Of a DNA stretch of 48,623 nucleotides, positions 42,542 through 48,623 are shown in pieces. Made by a program: the position numbers and the translations under genes. The DNA is from Actinomycetota bacterium (GTDB lineage Bacteria; Actinomycetota; Actinomycetes; JBMOMH01): positions 1 through 48,623 of the forward strand of contig JBMOMH010000295.1 in assembly GCA_049323135.1 (NCBI GenBank). Direction: 5' to 3'. Position 1 is the stretch's first letter, and each line of letters starts with the position of its first letter. The notes under the pieces are model-generated. The model saw only the letters and a program-made list of their open reading frames with translations. It ran no database searches and had not been told where the DNA came from.

Positions 42542-42964
42542 GTGCTGACCGGAATCCACCCGCTCCTGACGGGAGCCCTGCTGGCGCACCTCGACGCCAT
42601 GGGGCACTCCGACGCGGTGGCCCTGGTGGACGCGCACTTCCCGGCGGACCGCCTGGCGCGGCGCCTGCTCTGCTTCCCGGGGCTGGCCGCGCCCCCCGTG
42701 CTCGCCGCCGTGCGCACGGTGCTCCCCGTGGACGACGCCCCTGCCCTCGACCTGATGGTCCCGCCCGACGGCTCCCGACGGGACGTGCACGACGCGCTGC
42801 TGGTTGCCGCGGGGGTGCCCGCCGAGCAGGCCCGCTTCCTCGGCCGCGAGGCCTTCTACGACGTTGCCGCCGCGTCGTACCTCATCGTCCGTACGGGTGA
42901 GACGAGGACGTACGGGAACGCCATCTTGCGCAAGGGCGTGGTCACCGAGGTGGGTAGCGCATGA
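42542..42964 (+). CDS. fucU: RbsD/FucU-family sugar mutarotase
   Basis: 140 aa: LTGIHPLLTGALLAHLDAMGHSDAVALVDAHFP...GETRTYGNAILRKGVV. Confidence 0.8.
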   Translation: MLTGIHPLLTGALLAHLDAMGHSDAVALVDAHFPADRLARRLLCFPGLAAPPVLAAVRTVLPVDDAPALDLMVPPDGSRRDVHDALLVAAGVPAEQARFLGREAFYDVAAASYLIVRTGETRTYGNAILRKGVVTEVGSA

Positions 42965-44571
42965 GTGCTCACGCCGTGGTGACCGACGGCGCCACGCCGC
43001 TGCTGCTGAAGGTGGAGGGCGTCGCCAAACGCTTCCCCGGGGTGACGGCCCTGCAGGACATGCACCTGGAGCTGCGGCGTGGCGAGGTGCTGGCCGTGGT
43101 CGGGGAGAACGGGGCCGGAAAGTCCACCCTGATGAAGCTGCTGTCCGGCATCTACACCCCGGACGAGGGCCAGTTCTTCCTCAACGGCCAGCCGTTGAAG
43201 GTCACCGGGCCCCGGCACGCCCAGGAGCTCGGCATCAGCATCATCCACCAGGAGTTCAACCTGATGCCCGACCTCACGGTCGCGCAGAACATCTTCATCG
43301 GCCGCGAGCCCCGTGGCGGCCTCCTGCTCCGCGAGCGGGCCCTGAACGCCAAGGCCCAGGAGCTCATCGACCGACTGCACCTGCCCCTGCAGCCCCGACA
43401 GGTCGTGGGGACTCTCACCGTCGCCAAGCAACAGATGGTGGAGATCGCCAAGGCCCTGTCCTACGACGCCACGGTCCTCATCATGGACGAGCCGACCGCA
43501 GCCCTGACCGGCGCGGAGGTCAGGGTCCTGCACGACCTCATCCGCCGGTTCGTACAGCCGGACACGGGAGTCATCTACATCTCGCATCGCCTCGACGAGC
43601 TGAAGGCCATCTCGGACCGGATCACGGTGATCCGGGACGGCCGCTACGTGGACACGCTGGACACTCGCCGGGCCACCATGCCGCAGGTGATCTCCCTGAT
43701 GGTCGGCCGGGAGATCACCAACGAGGCCCGGCCAGAGAATGTCCGCTCGGATCGTGAGGTGCTGCTGTCCGTGCGTGGGCTCACGACGAAGAGCCTGCTG
43801 AAGAACGTCACCTTCGACCTGAGGAAGGGGGAGATCCTCGGGTTCGCCGGGCTGATGGGCGCGGGCCGGACGGAGGTCGCCCGGGCCCTGGTGGGGGCGG
43901 ACCGGATCGAGGCCGGGACCATCCACCTGCGCGGCCGGCAGATCAAGGTGAAGAGCCCCGCCGAGGCCGCCCGACACCGCATCGGGTACCTGTCGGAGGA
44001 CCGGAAGCACTTCGGTCTGCTGCTCGAACAGGACGTCAACGCCAACGTCGGTCTGAGCTCCCTGCGCGAACGCTTCCAGACCGCAGGCTTCATCAAGAAC
44101 AAGGCGATGCGGGCGACGACCCGAAGGTATGTGGACGCCCTGCGCATCAGAACCCCCTCGATCACCCAGACGACGCGCAACCTGTCGGGCGGCAACCAGC
44201 AGAAGGTGGTCATCGCCAAGTGGCTGGTGAAGGACTGCGACATCCTCATCTTCGACGAACCGACGCGGGGGATCGACGTCGGCGCGAAGGAGGAGATCTA
44301 CCGGCTGCTCAACGAGCTGGCCCGTGAGGGGAAGTCCATCATCATGATCTCGTCAGAGCTGCCCGAGATCCTGCGCATGTCCCACCGCATCGTCGTGATG
44401 AGCGAAGGCCGGGTCACCGGCCTGCTCACCGCGGCGGAGGCTACCGAGGAGGTGGTCATGCACTACGCGACCCTGCGTCCGGACGAGAACCCCGAGGACG
44501 CTGCAGAGCTGGGCCTGGACCCGGCCATGGGCGAAGCCGGTGTGACGCCGGACGGGGGTGGCCAGCGATGA
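42961..44571 (+). CDS. Sugar ABC transporter ATP-binding protein (duplicated ABC domains, RbsA type)
   Basis: 536 aa. Walker A is GENGAGKST, the signature is LSGGNQQKV, and there are two ABC cassettes. ATGA overlap upstream. Confidence 0.92.
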   Translation: MSAHAVVTDGATPLLLKVEGVAKRFPGVTALQDMHLELRRGEVLAVVGENGAGKSTLMKLLSGIYTPDEGQFFLNGQPLKVTGPRHAQELGISIIHQEFNLMPDLTVAQNIFIGREPRGGLLLRERALNAKAQELIDRLHLPLQPRQVVGTLTVAKQQMVEIAKALSYDATVLIMDEPTAALTGAEVRVLHDLIRRFVQPDTGVIYISHRLDELKAISDRITVIRDGRYVDTLDTRRATMPQVISLMVGREITNEARPENVRSDREVLLSVRGLTTKSLLKNVTFDLRKGEILGFAGLMGAGRTEVARALVGADRIEAGTIHLRGRQIKVKSPAEAARHRIGYLSEDRKHFGLLLEQDVNANVGLSSLRERFQTAGFIKNKAMRATTRRYVDALRIRTPSITQTTRNLSGGNQQKVVIAKWLVKDCDILIFDEPTRGIDVGAKEEIYRLLNELAREGKSIIMISSELPEILRMSHRIVVMSEGRVTGLLTAAEATEEVVMHYATLRPDENPEDAAELGLDPAMGEAGVTPDGGGQR

Positions 44572-45581
44572 CGGTGCCCACGCTCACCGCGCAGCAGCGG
44601 GAGGACCACGAGGCGTCCGCACACGGGGTGACCCGGACCCTGCGGGAGCAGCTGCAGCAGCTCCTAGCGTTCGCCAGCCTCATCGTCATCTTCACCTTCT
44701 TCTCGGTGGCGAGTCCGAACTTCCTCAACTACAGCAACGTCACCGCGATCTTCTTCTCGACGGTGGTGATCGGGACTCTCGCCCTGGGCACCACGTTCGT
44801 CATCATCACCGGCGGCATCGACCTGTCCATCGGCACCGGCATGGCACTCTCGGCCGTCATCTCCGGGGTGCTCATCGTCAACCTCGGGGTCCCGATGCCG
44901 CTCGGCGTCCTGGGCGCGGTGCTGTTCGGTGGGCTCATCGGTTTGGTCAACGGGGTGAACGTGGCCCTGCTCAAGCTGCCGCCATTCATCGCGACGCTCG
45001 CCATGATGCTCGTCGCACAGGGCTTGGCCCTGGTCGTCTCGCACAGCGCGCCGATCTACTTCAACGACTCGCCGAACTACAGCAAGATCTCTACAGGCAG
45101 CCTGATCCCTGGTGCAAACCTGCCCAACGGCGTCCTCATCCTCGCGGTGCTGGCGGTCCTCGCTGGTGTGACCCTCAACCGGACGATCCTGGGCCGGTAC
45201 ACGTACTCCATTGGGAGCAACGAGGAAGCGACCGCGCTGTCCGGCATCAATGTGCGGCGCTGGAAGATCGTCATCTACACGCTGGCCGGGCTGTTCACCG
45301 GCATGGCGGGCGTGCTGATCTCCGCCCGGCTCGGTTCCGCGCAGCCCGCCACCGGTGCCGGCTACGAGTTGCAGGCGATCGCAGCGGTCGTCATCGGAGG
45401 AACCTCCCTGGCTGGCGGCAAGGGATCCATCATCGGCACGGTCATCGGGGCACTCATCATCTCGGTCCTCAACAACGGGCTGCAGATCATGTCGATCCCC
45501 CAGGAGTGGCAGAACGTCATCCTGGGCGCCGTCATCCTCGTCGCCGTCTACGCCGACATGGCGAGAAAACGAGCCGCCTGA
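44568..45581 (+). CDS. Sugar ABC transporter permease (RbsC/BPD_transp_2 type)
   Basis: 337 aa, multi-TM, with GGIDLSIG and GGTSLAGGKGSIIGT motifs. Confidence 0.9.
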   Translation: MTVPTLTAQQREDHEASAHGVTRTLREQLQQLLAFASLIVIFTFFSVASPNFLNYSNVTAIFFSTVVIGTLALGTTFVIITGGIDLSIGTGMALSAVISGVLIVNLGVPMPLGVLGAVLFGGLIGLVNGVNVALLKLPPFIATLAMMLVAQGLALVVSHSAPIYFNDSPNYSKISTGSLIPGANLPNGVLILAVLAVLAGVTLNRTILGRYTYSIGSNEEATALSGINVRRWKIVIYTLAGLFTGMAGVLISARLGSAQPATGAGYELQAIAAVVIGGTSLAGGKGSIIGTVIGALIISVLNNGLQIMSIPQEWQNVILGAVILVAVYADMARKRAA

Positions 45582-45654
45582 CCAGGTGACTCGGATGACC
45601 TTTCAGGAAGGTTCGCACCACCGGCCCACTTTCGTACAGAGGAGTCTGGTCCAG

Positions 45655-46632
45655 ATGCAGCGTAGGCGGTTCATTGCGTTAGCCACGGCCTCGGTCGTGG
45701 TTGTCGCCCTCAGCGCTTGTGGCGGCTCGCCCACGACCGCGAGTGGCAGTGCGACGGGCGGAGGGAAGCCGTACATCGCGATCGTGTCCAAGGGGTTCCA
45801 GCACCAGTTCTGGCAGGCGGTGAAGAAGGGTGCCGAGCAGGAGGCCCAGAAGGAAGGGGCCACCATCACCTTCGACGGTCCGCCGACCGAGCAGGACGTC
45901 GAGGCGCAGCTCACTATGCTGACCAACGCGCTGAACAAGAAGCCCGCTGCGATCGGCTTCGCCGCCCTCGACTCCAAGTCGGCGGCTCCGCTGCTGGCTA
46001 AGGCTCAGGCTGAGAAGATCCCGGTCATCGCCTTCGACTCGGGCGTCGACAGCAACATCCCGCTCACCACAGCTTCTACGGACAACAAGGCAGCCGCGGC
46101 GGAAGCGGCCAAGCACATGGCTGAGGCGCTGGGCGGCAAGGGGAAGGTGGCCCTCGTTGTGCACGACCAGACCAGCCGCTCGGGCATCGACCGGCGGGAC
46201 GGCTTCATCGAGTGGATGAAGGCCAACGCGCCGGGAATCCAGCTCCTGCCCACGCAGTACGGGGCTGGTGACCAGGCCAAGTCCGCCGACATCACCAAGG
46301 CGATCATCGCGGCGAACCCCGACATCAAGGGGATCTACGGGTCGAACGAGGGCTCGGCGATCGGCGTCGTCAAGGGGGTCCAGGAGAGCGGCAAGCAGGG
46401 CATCACCATCATCGGGTTCGACTCCGGCAAGGCGCAGATCGACGCCATCAAGAGCGGGGTCATGCTCGGGGCCATCACCCAGAACCCGATTGGCATCGGC
46501 CAGCAGGTCGTCGCCGCGGCGATGAAGGCCATCAAGGGCGAGAGCCTGCCCAAGGTCATCGACACCGGCTTCTACTGGTACGACAAGACCAACATTGACG
46601 ACCCCAAGATCCAGGCCGTGCTCTACCAGTGA
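45655..46632 (+). CDS. Sugar ABC transporter substrate-binding lipoprotein (Peripla_BP_4 type)
   Basis: The ATG at 45655 gives the signal/lipobox MQRRRFIALATASVVVVALSACGG, followed by an RbsB-like fold. 325 aa. Confidence 0.9.
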   Translation: MQRRRFIALATASVVVVALSACGGSPTTASGSATGGGKPYIAIVSKGFQHQFWQAVKKGAEQEAQKEGATITFDGPPTEQDVEAQLTMLTNALNKKPAAIGFAALDSKSAAPLLAKAQAEKIPVIAFDSGVDSNIPLTTASTDNKAAAAEAAKHMAEALGGKGKVALVVHDQTSRSGIDRRDGFIEWMKANAPGIQLLPTQYGAGDQAKSADITKAIIAANPDIKGIYGSNEGSAIGVVKGVQESGKQGITIIGFDSGKAQIDAIKSGVMLGAITQNPIGIGQQVVAAAMKAIKGESLPKVIDTGFYWYDKTNIDDPKIQAVLYQ

Positions 46633-46689
46633 GCTCGGCGAGCTTGGCGAACGGCAGTGGGTGCCGACCCATCGGTAGGTAGCCCCCCG

Positions 46690-46732
46690 CGTCGCGGAGC
46701 GCCGATGCCTGCGGGCTCGGCGCTCCGCGACG
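46690..46732. terminator. Bidirectional intrinsic-terminator-like hairpin between convergent genes
   Basis: A perfect 16-bp stem, cgtcgcggagcgccga / tcggcgctccgcgacg, with an 11-nt loop. It sits between the SBP stop (46632) and the GntR stop (46754). There is no clear U-tract, which is usual in high-GC actinobacteria. Confidence 0.65.
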
Positions 46733-46753
46733 GCCGTAGCGACTCCGGAGACG

Positions 46754-47428
46754 TCAGTCGAGGGCTCGGCGCAGCCACCGGGTGACGCCGCTGACGTGGA
46801 CCGTCACCTGGGCCCTGACGAGGTCCGGGTCCCGTGACTCCAGGGCGTCCAGGATCGCCCGGTGTTCGGTCAGGGTCTGTTCCACGGCGCCCTCCTCGGT
46901 GAGCCCTCGCCAGATCCGGGCCCGCAAGGTGCTGCTTGAGAGCGTGTCCAGCAGCCGGGTCAGGTAGCCGTTCCCGGACAGCTCGCAGATGTGCCGGTGG
47001 AAGACGATGTCGTGGGCGACCAGCTCGTCCACCGGCGTTCCGCCACCGACGGGTTCCAGCAGGCCACGAAGGCGCTCGATATCGGCGGACGTGACGTGCT
47101 GCACGGCGAGGGCGGCTGCCGCCGGCTCGAGGATCCGGCGTACCTCGAAGAGCTCCAGCACTGAGGCGTCCTGGTGCAGGTCGACGGCGAAGGCCATCGC
47201 CTCGAGCAGGAGGCTGGGGGTCAGGCTGGTGACGTAGGTGCCGTCGCCACGGCGTACGTCGACAACCCGGATCACCGCCAGGGCCTTGATCGCCTCGCGC
47301 AGCGAGCTGCGGGACAAGCCCAGGGCCTCGCTCAGCTCCTTCTCCGCGGGGAGCCGGTCTCCGGGCTTCAGCTGGCCCGAGACGATCATCTGCCTGATCT
47401 TGAGGATCGCCTCATCGGTGATCGTCAT
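46754..47428 (-). CDS. GntR-family (FadR/FCD subfamily) transcriptional regulator
   Basis: 224 aa. The wHTH reads GDRLPAEKELSEALGLSRSSLREAIKAL, followed by a C-terminal FCD-like helical domain. Confidence 0.9.
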   Translation of the reverse strand: MTITDEAILKIRQMIVSGQLKPGDRLPAEKELSEALGLSRSSLREAIKALAVIRVVDVRRGDGTYVTSLTPSLLLEAMAFAVDLHQDASVLELFEVRRILEPAAAALAVQHVTSADIERLRGLLEPVGGGTPVDELVAHDIVFHRHICELSGNGYLTRLLDTLSSSTLRARIWRGLTEEGAVEQTLTEHRAILDALESRDPDLVRAQVTVHVSGVTRWLRRALD

Positions 47429-47767
47429 GCGGGCGGTGCGGTTGCCAGCCGGTCAAACGGCGCCATCACGAGGCCCGGGGGCGGATACGCGCCTAGAGTT
47501 CCTGGCACGGCCGCATCCTACGGGTTGCGAGCAGGGACCGGGTCTGCTCCGGGGTGCAGACCGTCTCCCGCGTTGTGACCAATGGGGCGGGCGCGGTCTA
47601 GAGCAAGGAGTCCTGCCCGCCCGGGGCCGTGTTGCTGGTGTTGGCGACGCGCACGGTGTCGAGTCCGTGCTTGCGACAGCCGCAGCCACGCCCCCGTTCC
47701 TCAAGATCTGAGACGTGCGGGCTCGACTCCGGGGTGTCGCTGCAACGTCTGGCGACCAGGCACCTGC

Positions 47768-48409
47768 TCACAAGAGCTCTGGACGTAGTACGTCCTTGCG
47801 GATAATGCGTGCCAAGTCTCCGTCGTCGCCGTTATATCCCGTGCGCCGGCGTAGTTCCTTACGTACTACATCGACGACCGTGTCGGAAAGCAAGACCGCG
47901 GCAAGCGACCTCGGCGACGTAGCAGCCTTGGCCCTCCACAGCTCGTCGAGGGTGCGGCGCTTGAGGGCGTCCTTGGACAGGTGGAACAGGGCCTCCGTCT
48001 TCTCGGCAAGAGAGAGTTCGCCCAACATGTCGACCTCCACCGCCAGATCAACGACCACCGGCAAGCCTCCCGTCAGGTGGTAGACCTGCCACACCTGTGC
48101 GTTGGTGAGGATCATCCACTCGACGCCCTCGTTGACGGCGTACATCTGCACCTGGCGCAGGTGCTTCGCACTGAGCCTCTGCGTACAGCGCTTGACCTCA
48201 ATGAACGCGACGAGCTGCTTGTCGATGCGAATGCCGTAGTCCGCAAACTCTCCCTTGACCTGGTACTCGGTCGTCAGATCCTCGTACTTGTCGAACCCCA
48301 GGGCTTCGCAGAGAAAGTCGGTGACCAGCAGACGGGTGTCGCCCTCGTTGGCGTCGCGCGCTAGCAGCTCCCCGAGGGGTTTGCTGAACTTTCTGATCCC
48401 CGCTCTCAC
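47768..48409 (-). CDS. HsdR_N-like / PD-(D/E)xK restriction-endonuclease-fold protein (solitary)
   Basis: 213 aa: ANEGDTRLLVTDFLCEALGFD...EFADYGIRIDKQLVAFIEVKR. This is the D...E-x-K core typical of type I R-subunit N-terminal-like domains. GC is visibly lower than the window average. Confidence 0.6.
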   Translation of the reverse strand: MRAGIRKFSKPLGELLARDANEGDTRLLVTDFLCEALGFDKYEDLTTEYQVKGEFADYGIRIDKQLVAFIEVKRCTQRLSAKHLRQVQMYAVNEGVEWMILTNAQVWQVYHLTGGLPVVVDLAVEVDMLGELSLAEKTEALFHLSKDALKRRTLDELWRAKAATSPRSLAAVLLSDTVVDVVRKELRRRTGYNGDDGDLARIIRKDVLRPELL

Positions 48410-48623
48410 GCGGTCCCGGGACAGCTGTTCCCACTTTGGCGCTCGGGAACGCTGCCTAGGCGGGCGAGCCTCACCGGCGGTTTCGATGGCCGCCGAGGCT
48501 CAGACCTCCTCGGGTAGGGATTCTGTAGGGCTGTGACCTGCGGCTTTCGGTTGGGTCGGGGTCTGCGGAAATGTTGAGAGTCGGGTAGGTGTTTCAGGCT
48601 CGGCGTGTCGCTGCATAATCTGT

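Noticed and set aside
47430-47767. A tRNA, tmRNA fragment or riboswitch in the 330-bp gap upstream of the GntR gene. Candidates were the T-arm-like hairpin gcacgg-tgtcgagt-ccgtgc at 47651-47670, gggcgggc...gcccgccc at about 47585-47621, and gcgggctcgactccgggg at about 47717-47734.
   Set aside because: No cloverleaf or known riboswitch core could be assembled by hand. Loop sizes are wrong for a T-loop. The listed ORFs (47238..47711, 47453..47704) are compositional.

Overview
This is high-GC, actinomycete-type chromosomal DNA. It has many GTG starts, frequent 4-bp ATGA/GTGA start-stop overlaps, and very long spurious ORFs in all frames.

**1-12.2 kb (core-looking genes).** A TetR gene is followed by an atu/liu-like operon: acyl-CoA carboxylase beta and alpha subunits, an SDR, an acyl-CoA dehydrogenase and an AtuA/DUF1446 protein. 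Convergent to it is an OmpR-type response regulator / histidine kinase / GerMN lipoprotein operon. A STAS protein with a small partner ORF follows.

**12.3-34.5 kb (accessory region).** tRNA-Lys(UUU) at 12219-12291 opens a region of visibly patchy GC. It contains:
- Degenerate copies of the tRNA 3' end at 13.7 and 15.76 kb.
- Several toxin-antitoxin-like modules: DUF433/DUF5615, a BrnT/RHH-like pair, a HicB-like gene and VapBC.
- At least five decayed genes: a frameshifted wHTH-nucleotidyltransferase, an orphan DUF2384 stub, a DinB/DUF664 gene with an internal deletion, an ERCC4-Lsr2 nuclease with an in-frame TAG, and an alpha/beta hydrolase with an internal deletion.
- The centrepiece, an 11.9-kb five-gene operon at 17437-29324: SNF2 helicase with a DUF3883 nuclease-like tail, a Schlafen/AlbA2-HATPase_c_4 protein, a DUF1156 Zn-ribbon amino-methyltransferase, an MntA-type nucleotidyltransferase, and a DUF499 ATPase with an N-terminal Swt1-like HEPN domain.

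This operon is my best candidate for an under-characterised R-M-like defence system. The MNT-in-front-of-HEPN-ATPase wiring is the most novel detail.

**34.9-47.4 kb (L-fucose-type sugar locus).** It carries an isomerase and kinase, a LacI regulator, fuconate dehydratase, aldose dehydrogenase, lactonase, mutarotase, an ABC importer and a GntR regulator. An identical 18-bp LacI-type operator occurs twice.

**47.7-48.6 kb (right edge).** GC drops again, and there is a solitary HsdR_N / PD-(D/E)xK-like gene.

I recognised no rRNA, CRISPR array, integrase or transposase.
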